DNA from: Flavobacteriaceae bacterium
GTDB lineage: Bacteria > Bacteroidota > Bacteroidia > Flavobacteriales > Flavobacteriaceae
DNA length: 48,340 nt
NCBI GenBank assembly: GCA_016649745.1
Contig: JAENXD010000001.1
Location: 1 to 48,340, forward strand
Direction of reading: 5' to 3'
Part shown: positions 28,420 through 37,204 of the stretch, in pieces
How the letters are laid out: each line of letters starts with the position of its first letter
Numbering within the stretch: position 1 is the stretch's first letter
Notes under the pieces: model-generated
Seen by the model: only the letters and a program-made list of their open reading frames with translations
What the model was told of the DNA's origin: nothing
Database searches by the model: none
Made by a program: the position numbers and the translations under genes

Positions 28420-28982
28420 CTTTTAGTAGATTTTTTAATGATTTCTGCCAATAATTTTTTCGCTCTTGATAACTTTATTTTGATGTTACCAATAGGTTCA
28501 TTTAATACTTCGGCCATCTCCTTATAACTCATTTCCCTAAAATACCGCAGATTTATAATTTCCTGATAATGTGGTTTTAACTGCTTTAAATAGTTTAGTA
28601 ATTGTGCTAAATTTTGATCGATGATTAGCTGATCTTCAGCAGATGGAGTTTCATCTGAAATTTTATACGCCTCCGATTCCTTTTTGTCTATTGAAATGGT
28701 TTCTGTACGTTGTTTTCTCAAATGATCTAAAAAAATATTTTTTGAAATTGAAATCAGCCATGTTTTAAAATTGTAACTTTCGTTATATAAATCAATTTTA
28801 TCAAACGCTTTTGAAAAGGTTTTTATGGTGATGTCTTCGGCTTCGTCTTCGTCTTCAACTTTTGACAATTGAAAACGGTAAACATCACTCCAATAAGTAT
28901 TTAGCAATGTGTTAAAAGCCTTTTGATCTTTTTTTCTTGCTTTTTCAATTAAATCGGCAATATCATTGTTTTTTTTTACCAA
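28416..28982 (-). CDS. ECF RNA polymerase sigma factor
   Basis: AEDITIKTF, FKTWL, region 4 SYKEMAEVL..IKIKLSRAK. Confidence 0.92.
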   Translation of the reverse strand: MVKKNNDIADLIEKARKKDQKAFNTLLNTYWSDVYRFQLSKVEDEDEAEDITIKTFSKAFDKIDLYNESYNFKTWLISISKNIFLDHLRKQRTETISIDKKESEAYKISDETPSAEDQLIIDQNLAQLLNYLKQLKPHYQEIINLRYFREMSYKEMAEVLNEPIGNIKIKLSRAKKLLAEIIKKSTKS

Positions 28983-30085
28983 TGTGTGGGTTTTGAAATC
29001 ATATTTTTTATAAAGATAAACATTTGTATCAAAATTAAAAATATTTCGAAAAAGGGAATAAGCAGTATTAAATCGCTTTCATTTAATTTTTTTGCAGAGA
29101 AGCCAACAACCAAATACAAAAACAGGATTCGCACAAAAACCAAAATTGCAACAAGCTGCCAATTATAAAGCAAACATAAAAGAGTAATACCCAAAATCCA
29201 AAATAACAATTGTGAGCTGAAAAACAAGCCCAGTAAAAATTTATGTGCAGGCTTATATAAGGATGCAGTTGAAATATGCCTTCTTTTTTGATGAATCCAA
29301 TCTTTAAATTTTGTTTTTGGGACAGATTCGGTAAAGCTATTTTGTGTACCGGAAATAGCGGTGTTTTCTTTTGTTGCCACTTGGTTAATAAATAAATCGT
29401 CATCGCCCGATTTAATATGCATATGATTTGCGAAACCGTTTATCATAAAAAAAATCGATTTTGTATAGGCTAAATTTCGGCCAACGCCCATATAGGGAAT
29501 GCCTGTTTTTGCATAGCCAAAATATTGAATGGCGGTCAATAGGCTTTCAAACCGAATAAGTTTATTCAGCCATGATTTTTTTATTTTTTTATAAGCGCCA
29601 TAACCCAATACAATTTGATGTTCAGTACTGAAATTATTGACCATTTCGGTTATCCAGTTTTCGGAAACAGGAATACAGTCGGCATCCGTAAACAATAAAT
29701 GTTCATTGGTGGCCGCTTTAATTCCTAAGGTAAGTGCATATTTTTTACTTCCCCAAAATTGCTCATTTTCCAAAACATTTACAATTTTAATATTTAGTGA
29801 TGTTTCTTTTTTAAACTGCTCCATAACCTTTAATGTACGATCTCGGGAGCAATCATTAATCAACACCAATTCAAAATGTTTATAATTTTGTTTTAGGAAA
29901 AGCGGTAGATTTTCAGTTAAGTTTTTCGCCTCATTTTTAGCGCAAATAATGACTGAAACAGGCAGATTAAAGTTGTTTTCGGATGGTTTTATTTTAGAAA
30001 AAGAAAAAGAGCCAAAAATGAAAATGTAATAAATAAACTGAATACAAAAAATTACTATAAAAGCAATAAATAGATATTCGAGCAT
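28976..30085 (-). CDS. Family 2 glycosyltransferase, membrane-anchored
   Basis: SVIICAKNE, NDCSRD, FTDADC, GDDD, QKRRH. Confidence 0.9.
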   Translation of the reverse strand: MLEYLFIAFIVIFCIQFIYYIFIFGSFSFSKIKPSENNFNLPVSVIICAKNEAKNLTENLPLFLKQNYKHFELVLINDCSRDRTLKVMEQFKKETSLNIKIVNVLENEQFWGSKKYALTLGIKAATNEHLLFTDADCIPVSENWITEMVNNFSTEHQIVLGYGAYKKIKKSWLNKLIRFESLLTAIQYFGYAKTGIPYMGVGRNLAYTKSIFFMINGFANHMHIKSGDDDLFINQVATKENTAISGTQNSFTESVPKTKFKDWIHQKRRHISTASLYKPAHKFLLGLFFSSQLLFWILGITLLCLLYNWQLVAILVFVRILFLYLVVGFSAKKLNESDLILLIPFFEIFLILIQMFIFIKNMISKPTHW

Positions 30086-30088
30086 ATC

Positions 30089-30274
30089 TTATTTATTTTC
30101 ACATTGATCAGGCAATCTTCCGCAGTATCCGCAGGCTTGTCCGTCTTTATTTAAATGTGGATTTTGACTTGCACAGGTTCCCGCAAATTTGCCGTCTTTT
30201 TTCGCCCAAAGTTTAATTGCTAATCCGGCAATACCAATGGCTAATAGGACAATTGTAATTAAAATTAGTTTCAT
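30089..30274 (-). CDS. Small membrane protein with a Cys-rich tail
   Basis: TM helix then GKFAGTCASQNP..CGYCG..C; start reassigned to ATG 30274. Confidence 0.75.
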   Translation of the reverse strand: MKLILITIVLLAIGIAGLAIKLWAKKDGKFAGTCASQNPHLNKDGQACGYCGRLPDQCENK

Positions 30275-30292
30275 AAAAAATATATTATTATG

Positions 30293-30300
30293 CAAAGATA
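30293..30300 (-). promoter_or_regulatory. -7 promoter element
   Basis: TATCTTTG on the minus strand 18 nt before ATG 30274. Confidence 0.6.
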
Positions 30301-30452
30301 CAGATTTATCATCGATGTATAAATAATGAATTACATAATTTTTTTATTGAATTAAATATAATAAAACATAGTAATATTTGCATTGTTAAGAAATTATACA
30401 CTAATAATTAGCGACATAACTTTGTTTTGTGGAAAAAAGTTATTATATTGGC

Positions 30453-30557
30453 AATCAATTAATATTTGAATTTTTTAAAATTTATTGTTTAATAACCATC
30501 TAAAACTTTAAGAATTATAAAAATTAATTGAATTAATAAATATTAATTGGTTTTTTT
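30453..30557 (+). ncRNA. Candidate AT-rich small RNA with a closing stem
   Basis: 15-bp terminal inverted repeat, preceded by TTG-N19-TATATTGG and followed by a T-run. Confidence 0.3.
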
Positions 30558-30562
30558 ACCAG

Positions 30563-30597
30563 AAGACTCGTCCATTTGCATTAAATAGACGAGTCTT
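30563..30597. terminator. Terminator hairpin downstream of the EF-G paralog
   Basis: AAGACTCGTC / GACGAGTCTT. Confidence 0.75.
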
Positions 30598-30617
30598 TAC
30601 TTTTATAAAAACAAGTT

Positions 30618-32720
30618 TTATTTTTTTACAAGTTCTTCTTGAACATTAGTTGGCACCAATTCAAAATTTGAAAATTTAGTGCTAAAACTTCCTCGGCCTT
30701 GCGTAATGGAACGCAACGTTGTTGAATATTTATACATTTCCGCTAAAGGTGTCTTGGCTCTGATGGTTTGATATTTGCCTTCACTGTCCATCCCTAAAAT
30801 GATGGATCTGCGCGATTGTAAATCCGTCATGACATTCCCCATTAATTCTTCGGGAACTTTTACGGAAAGTTCATTAATTGGTTCCAATAATTTAGGTTTG
30901 GCATTTAAAAAGGCCTCTTTAAAAGCATGAGCTCCAGCAATTTTAAATGAAATGTCATTAGAATCCACCGCATGCATTTTACCGTCAAAAAGCATGACCC
31001 TAACGTCTCTGGCATAAGATCCGGTTAAAGGACCTTCTTCCATGACTTCTAAAATTCCTTTTAAAACAGAAGGCAAATAACGCGCATCAATTACACCGCC
31101 AACAATACAGTTATAGAATATTAATTTTCCGCCCCAATCCAGACTAATTTCTTCTTTTCCTCTTACGTTAAATCCTTCAGGTTCCGGCATACCTTCAAAC
31201 CAAGGCTCTATTTTAATATGGACTTCTCCAAACTGACCTGAACCTCCAGATTGTTTTTTGTGTTTATAACTCGTTGTTGCCGAACGTTGTATGGTTTCTC
31301 TATAGGCAATTTTAGGTTGTTCAAAAACTGCTTTTATGCCGTAAGTGTTTTGTAAAACCCAGTCAATTGTTGCTAAATGCAATTCACCCTGACAGGATAA
31401 AATAAGTTGTTTTAACTCTGGTGAATACTTAACGACTACGGTTGGATCCTGACTATGAATCTTTTTAAGCGCTTCGTTTAGTTTTTCATCATCGTTTTTA
31501 TCAAAAGCTCTTACAGCTTTAGTAATTCTTGCTTCAGGATAATCAATAGGTTTTATGGTAATGCCACAGCCTTTTGTTCTTAGTGTGTCATTTGTTTCGG
31601 TAAATTTTAATTTTAAAGTGGCTCCAATATCTCCGGCACTTAATTTTTCAACCAAGTCCCGATTTTTGCCATCCATAATATATAGCTGATTTACGATTTC
31701 AATTTCATCGTTTCTGGAATTTTCCAGCTTGTCATTTTGTTTAATTTCACCCGATTTTACCTTAAAGAAACTAATTTGTCCCAAGTTAGGTTCAAACACC
31801 GTCTTAAAGATAAAAAGTACGGTAGGTGTATTAACTTTACATTCAATAGGTTTGCCTTCAACACTTTGTTCAGTTTTTAAATCGGCTGCAGATGGGGCAA
31901 CATTGTCAATAAATCCCATTAAACGTCCAGTTCCCATATCATTTAAAGCTGAAATACAAAATACAGGAAATAATTCATGATTTAGCATTCCTTTTTTAAT
32001 TCCTTCGCGCATTTCATCTTCATTAAGCGTGCCTTTATCAAAATAAAGTTCCATCAAATTTTCATCATTTTCAGCAGCTTTTTCAATCAACTCATTTTGC
32101 AGTTCAGCGGCCTGTTCTATTTGATTGGCAGGAATTTCCAATTTTTCAGGTTTTCCTCCTTGAGGTCCAAATTTATACATTTTCATTTTTAGTACATCAA
32201 TAATGCATTGAGCGCCATCAACAACCAACGGATATTGCACTTTAACTACATTTTTACCCACCAATTCAACAATGCTTTTATAGCTTTCATCAAAATCTGC
32301 GCTTGGATGGTCTATTTGGTTGATGACAAATAAGGTTGGGCGAGAAAATCGGTCTACATAATCCCATATTATTTCTGTGCCAACTTCAACACCGTATTGT
32401 GCATTAATTACCATTACAACAGAGTCGGTGACATGCATTGTTGAAGCAATTTCACCAATGTAATCATCTAAACCGGGAGTGTCAATAATGTTTATTTTGT
32501 AGTTGCGCCATTCTGTGTGAAGTGGTGTGGCAAAAACGGAAGTTTCTCTTTCATGTTCTATTGCGTGGTAGTCGGAAACAGTGTTTTTATTTTCAACACT
32601 ACCACGGCGGCTGACTAATCCGGCTTCAAAGAGCATCGTTTCTGCAAATGTTGTTTTGCCACTTTTATGGGCACCAACAAAAGCAACGTTTTTAATGTGT
32701 TTGTCATCGTATATTTTCAT
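30618..32720 (-). CDS. fusA2: Elongation factor G paralog (EF-G2 type)
   Basis: Five-domain EF-G (KKQSGGSGQFGEV, HAVDS, LRSITQGRG) with divergent G motifs; not in the str operon. Confidence 0.88.
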   Translation of the reverse strand: MKIYDDKHIKNVAFVGAHKSGKTTFAETMLFEAGLVSRRGSVENKNTVSDYHAIEHERETSVFATPLHTEWRNYKINIIDTPGLDDYIGEIASTMHVTDSVVMVINAQYGVEVGTEIIWDYVDRFSRPTLFVINQIDHPSADFDESYKSIVELVGKNVVKVQYPLVVDGAQCIIDVLKMKMYKFGPQGGKPEKLEIPANQIEQAAELQNELIEKAAENDENLMELYFDKGTLNEDEMREGIKKGMLNHELFPVFCISALNDMGTGRLMGFIDNVAPSAADLKTEQSVEGKPIECKVNTPTVLFIFKTVFEPNLGQISFFKVKSGEIKQNDKLENSRNDEIEIVNQLYIMDGKNRDLVEKLSAGDIGATLKLKFTETNDTLRTKGCGITIKPIDYPEARITKAVRAFDKNDDEKLNEALKKIHSQDPTVVVKYSPELKQLILSCQGELHLATIDWVLQNTYGIKAVFEQPKIAYRETIQRSATTSYKHKKQSGGSGQFGEVHIKIEPWFEGMPEPEGFNVRGKEEISLDWGGKLIFYNCIVGGVIDARYLPSVLKGILEVMEEGPLTGSYARDVRVMLFDGKMHAVDSNDISFKIAGAHAFKEAFLNAKPKLLEPINELSVKVPEELMGNVMTDLQSRRSIILGMDSEGKYQTIRAKTPLAEMYKYSTTLRSITQGRGSFSTKFSNFELVPTNVQEELVKK

Positions 32721-32843
32721 AATTCAATGGTTTTTATTAAAAGTTTTATAAAAGTACAAACTTTTTCAATTAAAAATATGACTTATGTTAGGGTTTTTTT
32801 AAAAGCGTTTTAATTATTAATTAAGGTTGAATATATTGGTTTA

Positions 32844-32894
32844 AGGTTTCAGGCTGTCTATTTTACAGTTCAGCTGAAATAAACGACAATTGGG
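32844..32894 (+). promoter_or_regulatory. LytTR-type direct-repeat operator
   Basis: ACAGTTCAG (32865) - N12 - ACAATTGGG (32886), plus a weaker AGGTTTCAG (32844) in the same 21-bp register. Confidence 0.6.
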
Positions 32895-32972
32895 GAAGTA
32901 ATTTTTTTTCAATTCCATGAAACTTCGCAAATTTGATCTATAAAACAACAATAACCTTAAAAAACAAAAAGT

Positions 32973-33401
32973 ATGCAACATTTAATTTTAGCGCTCTCAT
33001 TATTAATTTCATCAATGATTTTTGCACAAACAACAACCAATAAATTAGAAGAAGGAATTTCAGTTACGGCATCAGTGGTAAATGCATTAAGTGATAAAGG
33101 AACAGTGAAATTTGCTTTTTATAATGAAGAAAATTTCATGAAACAGCCAATTTACGCTAAATCGGCTTCTGTTGAAAATGGAAAAAGCACCGTCTTATTT
33201 GAAAATGTTCCGCAGGGAATTTATGCTATTCTTTGTTTTCAAGATGCAAATGGCAACAACAGAATGGATTTTGAGCAAAATGGCATGCCAAAAGAAAATT
33301 ACGGAGCGTCAAATAATATTATGACTTATGGTCCGCCGGAATTTGATAGTTCAAAATTTGAAGTTACAGATGAAGATTTAACTTTAGAAATTAAATTCTA
33401 A
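32973..33401 (+). CDS. DUF2141-domain exported protein
   Basis: Signal peptide, GIYAILCFQDANGNNRMD..GMPKENYGASNN..GPPEF. Confidence 0.88.
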   Translation: MQHLILALSLLISSMIFAQTTTNKLEEGISVTASVVNALSDKGTVKFAFYNEENFMKQPIYAKSASVENGKSTVLFENVPQGIYAILCFQDANGNNRMDFEQNGMPKENYGASNNIMTYGPPEFDSSKFEVTDEDLTLEIKF

Positions 33402-33432
33402 ATTGCAGTGGTTAAAATGCAAATAAGCGATA

Positions 33433-34779
33433 ATGAATTTCAACCTAAAATATTTAATAAAAGTAACGGTAATATTAACCTTCATCGTATTTGTAACTGA
33501 ACGTTTTTTGTCTAATGGCGGATTTAATTTGCCCATAAATGAATTATTTTTGGTGCTTAGTATTCATTTTATGTATGCTTTAACATTAACAGCACTTAAC
33601 GGTTACTTTTCTAATGCTTTAGAAAGTAAATTTGATTGGAAAGAGAACCCAAAAAAAAGATTGATTATTGGTGCCTCGGGTTCGGTTTTACTTACAATGG
33701 TTGGTTTGGCAGTATTAAGATTTGTAACACTTGTTATTATTTTAGGTAAACCCATAGAAAGTTTTTTAAACGATCCAAATGCAAAAAGCTATTATACCTT
33801 TGGTTTAGTGATAACTTTAATAATAAGTTTGGTATTTCACGCTATATTTTTTTATAAAGCATTAACCGAGAAAAAAGTAAATGAACAGCAAATAGTTGCC
33901 AAAACAGAAACAGCCAAGTACGAATCTCTAAAGAGCCAAATAGATCCTCATTTTTTGTTCAACAGTTTAAATGTGTTAACTTCATTAATAGGTGAAAACC
34001 CTAAGTCGGCCGAAAAGTTTACCACAAAACTATCAAAAGTGTATCGGTATGTTTTAGAACAAAAAAACAAAGATTTAATTGAATTGGATGAAGAATTACA
34101 CTTTGCAAAAACGTATATGGAATTGTTGAAAATGCGGTTTGAAAATGGGGTAACCTTTGAAATTCTTGAAAAATCAAGTGATCCAGAATATAAAATTTTG
34201 CCGTTATCGTTACAATTATTATTAGAAAATACGATAAAACACAATGTGGTTTCTGAAGAAAATCCGCTGAAAGTAACCATAACGGAAGAAAATGGATATT
34301 TGGTGGTTTCAAATAACTTTAGCCCTAAAACCATTATGGAAAACGGGACTAAAGTAGGTTTAAGAAATATTATTGACAGGTATCATTTAATTACCTTAAA
34401 AAAAGTTTTGATTGAAAAAACCGCTGAAAATTTCATAGTTAAATTGCCATTATTAACTCAAAAAATAAAAACAGTGAACGCAATAGACACACAACAAAAT
34501 AATAAATATATAAGAGCAGTGGAGCGGGTAGAGGAAATTAAAGGATTTTATTCGAGTTTAATCGCTTATTGCATTGTAATTCCTTTTTTAATTTTCATTT
34601 ATTTTAAATATACGCCAAATTCCATTCAATGGTTTTGGTTTCCGGCACTTGGTTGGGGTATTGGGCTTATATTTCAAGGATTCAAGGCGTTTAATTATAA
34701 CCCAATATTAGGAAGTGATTGGGAAGAGCGAAAAATACAAGAATATATGAATGAAGAAGATAAACAATACTGGGAATAA
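33433..34779 (+). CDS. LytS-type sensor histidine kinase with a C-terminal 2TM domain
   Basis: 4 TM, SLKSQIDPHFLFNSLN, LENTIKHN, GTKVGLRNI; C-terminal Y.RA..RV..IKGFY...WEERKI. Confidence 0.9.
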   Translation: MNFNLKYLIKVTVILTFIVFVTERFLSNGGFNLPINELFLVLSIHFMYALTLTALNGYFSNALESKFDWKENPKKRLIIGASGSVLLTMVGLAVLRFVTLVIILGKPIESFLNDPNAKSYYTFGLVITLIISLVFHAIFFYKALTEKKVNEQQIVAKTETAKYESLKSQIDPHFLFNSLNVLTSLIGENPKSAEKFTTKLSKVYRYVLEQKNKDLIELDEELHFAKTYMELLKMRFENGVTFEILEKSSDPEYKILPLSLQLLLENTIKHNVVSEENPLKVTITEENGYLVVSNNFSPKTIMENGTKVGLRNIIDRYHLITLKKVLIEKTAENFIVKLPLLTQKIKTVNAIDTQQNNKYIRAVERVEEIKGFYSSLIAYCIVIPFLIFIYFKYTPNSIQWFWFPALGWGIGLIFQGFKAFNYNPILGSDWEERKIQEYMNEEDKQYWE

Positions 34780-34780
34780 A

Positions 34781-34938
34781 AGCCCCCTAACCCCCAATGG
34801 GGGAATTTGGTTGAAAGGTGCTGGTGGTTAAGCGGAGTCGAAACCATTATAATCTAAAGCCTTAAACTAAAAAGAAGAAGTAAAAAATAGGTAAATATTA
34901 AGCACCAAATACCAAATACTAGTTACCAGATACCCATT
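34781..34938. repeat. Intergenic repeat mosaic: CCCCC/GGGGG hairpin, REP-like hairpin, heptamer array
   Basis: CCCCCAATGGGGG; TGGTTAAGCGGAGTCGAAACCA; ACCAAAT ACCAAAT ACTAGTT ACCAGAT ACCCATT. Confidence 0.7.
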
Positions 34939-34961
34939 TAAAATTAAAAAAAAACAAAAAA

Positions 34962-35258
34962 ATGAAAACTTATTATACCGAAGAAGATAAATATATTAGA
35001 GCAAAGAAAAAAGTTGATAATTTAAAAGGCTTTTATTCAAATTTGCTGTCATATTGTTTAATAATTCCTTTTTTAATTTTTATAAATCTAATGACCTCTC
35101 CAAACCATTTGTGGTTTTGGTGGCCTATGATTGGTTGGGGAATAGGAATTATTTTTCATGCATTTGGCGTATTTAACCATAGAATTGGTTTTGGGAAAGA
35201 ATGGGAAGAACGAAAAATTAAAGAGTTGATGGATGAAGATAGAAACAATAAATATTAA
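34962..35258 (+). CDS. 2TM-domain protein
   Basis: YIRAKKKV..LKGFY..WFWWPMIGWGIG..WEERKIKE. Confidence 0.88.
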   Translation: MKTYYTEEDKYIRAKKKVDNLKGFYSNLLSYCLIIPFLIFINLMTSPNHLWFWWPMIGWGIGIIFHAFGVFNHRIGFGKEWEERKIKELMDEDRNNKY

Positions 35259-35262
35259 AAAG

Positions 35263-35574
35263 ATGGACAATTATACAGAAGAACAAAAATATGTAAGGGC
35301 TAAAAAGAAAGTGAAATCAATAAAGGGTTTTTATATACATTTAATGGTTTATCTTTTGGTAAATGGGTTTATTTTACTCTCAAAAGCATTGTCAGATGGA
35401 GGATGGGAAGTTTTTTGGGAATGGCAATCGTATAATACGCCTCTATTTTGGGGAATTGGATTGGCTTTTCATGCCTTTGGAGTGTTTGGAATGGATATTA
35501 TTTTAGGGAGAGACTGGGAAAATCGTAAAATAAAAGAAATGATGGATAAAGATAAACGAGATATTTGGGAATAA
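35263..35574 (+). CDS. 2TM-domain protein
   Basis: YVRAKKKV..IKGFY.HL..FWGIGLAFH..WENRKIKE; start reassigned to ATG 35263. Confidence 0.88.
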   Translation: MDNYTEEQKYVRAKKKVKSIKGFYIHLMVYLLVNGFILLSKALSDGGWEVFWEWQSYNTPLFWGIGLAFHAFGVFGMDIILGRDWENRKIKEMMDKDKRDIWE

Positions 35575-35617
35575 TTAACTGCTATTTTGAATAAACTTCA
35601 AAAATTATAAGTAATGT

Positions 35618-37138
35618 ATGAATAAACAAACCAAATTGATAATTCTATTTTTTTGTAGTTTAAAACTGATTTTACATTTAATAGCAGATAGTCATTCAGG
35701 ATTTCAAGGAGACGAGTTATTGCATATTGAAACTGGCAAACATCTTGCATTTGGTTTTATGGAATTTCCACCGTTAATTGCCTTATTCGCGTTCATTCAA
35801 AATCTATTTCAATCAAATACTGTTTATATTCATCATCTTTTTTCTCACATAGCATCATTGCTTATTATTATTTATGTTGCTAAAATTACTATTGAATTAG
35901 GTGGGAGAAACAAAGCTGTTTTTTTAGTTTTATTGGCTATAATTATTGCACCTGGTTTTGAGCGTTCACAGCAACTTTTTCAACCTGTAGTTTTTAGTCA
36001 ATTATTTTGGGTTTTGGCATTTTATCAATTAATACGTTTTGTGAAATACCTTGATAAAAAAGCATTATGGTATCTCACTGTATTTTGTATTTTCGGTTTC
36101 TTAACAAAATATGATTCTATCTTTTTTCTTTTTGGGTTGTCTTCTTTATTGCTTTTTAAAAAAACAAGAACTGCGTTAATAGCGCAAAAGTTTTGGATAA
36201 ATAGTATTGTATTCTTGCTATGTATTTTACCAAATATTATTTGGCAATACATTAATGATTTTCCACTATTGCAAATGACAAATCGGCTTTATAACACTCA
36301 ATTGGGAAAAATAGGTCGTCTTGATATTTTGAAAGATTTAGCAATGGCTATTAATCCTATTACAGCACTATTACTGATAATTCCTGCGCTATTATACATA
36401 ATAAGATCAAAAGATAGTAAGCTCGTCGGTATACTTTCAACCGCCATTGGATTGTCCTTTTTATTGCTTTTATTCAAAAATGGCAAGTCGTATTATTTCT
36501 TTCCCATTATTTTAACAATACTTCCATTTGGAGCCATATTTTGGGAACAAATTGTTATTGATAAAAGAAAATGGGCAATGTATCCTATTTCTATTTTATT
36601 GATTTTAAGTGCTGTTTTAATTCCTTTTGGAATGCCGATTTATAGTTTTAGTCGTTATCTTGATAAAGTATATCCTTATGAAAAAAAGGACATTGAAGGT
36701 GGTAAATTTGGCGTGAAATACGATGAGTATTACACTCAGGAAAAATGGAAAATAACCATGCAAGACTTAAAATCGGTTTATGATAGTTTACCCAATAATG
36801 AAAAAAAAGATTGTTTAATTTGGGGTAAACATTATGCGCAGGCAGGAGCTGTAAATTTGTTCAGAAAATCCTATAATCTTCCCAAAGCATTTTCTTATCA
36901 TGGGAGTTTTTATAGTTGGACACCTAAAGGAAAAATGCCCAATACTGTTATAGCCTTGAGTTATCAAGTTGGAGATTTTTTTAAAACTTACTTTGAAGAC
37001 GTAACTTTGGTTAAAACAATATACAACCCGTTTTCATATAACGAAGAAGAACTTTATCAGAAAATTTATATTTGCAGAAAACCTAAACAAGATTTCAAAA
37101 AAATGAAACAGCTATTTGAGTTAAGAATTTTTGAATAA
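35618..37138 (+). CDS. GT-C-fold (ArnT/PMT-like) membrane glycosyltransferase
   Basis: GFQGDELLH..HLAFGFMEFPPL, multi-TM, PNIIWQ, HYAQAGA. Confidence 0.8.
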   Translation: MNKQTKLIILFFCSLKLILHLIADSHSGFQGDELLHIETGKHLAFGFMEFPPLIALFAFIQNLFQSNTVYIHHLFSHIASLLIIIYVAKITIELGGRNKAVFLVLLAIIIAPGFERSQQLFQPVVFSQLFWVLAFYQLIRFVKYLDKKALWYLTVFCIFGFLTKYDSIFFLFGLSSLLLFKKTRTALIAQKFWINSIVFLLCILPNIIWQYINDFPLLQMTNRLYNTQLGKIGRLDILKDLAMAINPITALLLIIPALLYIIRSKDSKLVGILSTAIGLSFLLLLFKNGKSYYFFPIILTILPFGAIFWEQIVIDKRKWAMYPISILLILSAVLIPFGMPIYSFSRYLDKVYPYEKKDIEGGKFGVKYDEYYTQEKWKITMQDLKSVYDSLPNNEKKDCLIWGKHYAQAGAVNLFRKSYNLPKAFSYHGSFYSWTPKGKMPNTVIALSYQVGDFFKTYFEDVTLVKTIYNPFSYNEEELYQKIYICRKPKQDFKKMKQLFELRIFE

Positions 37139-37204
37139 AATAAATCTAATAAAATTTCAATTTAAATAACTTGCAAAAGAAATGTTTCTTAAAAAATAAA
37201 TACA

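Noticed and set aside
32775-32795. Cur/Crp-type operator upstream of the EF-G paralog (TGACTTATGTTA)
   Set aside because: Only a partial palindrome in AT-rich DNA; not supportable.
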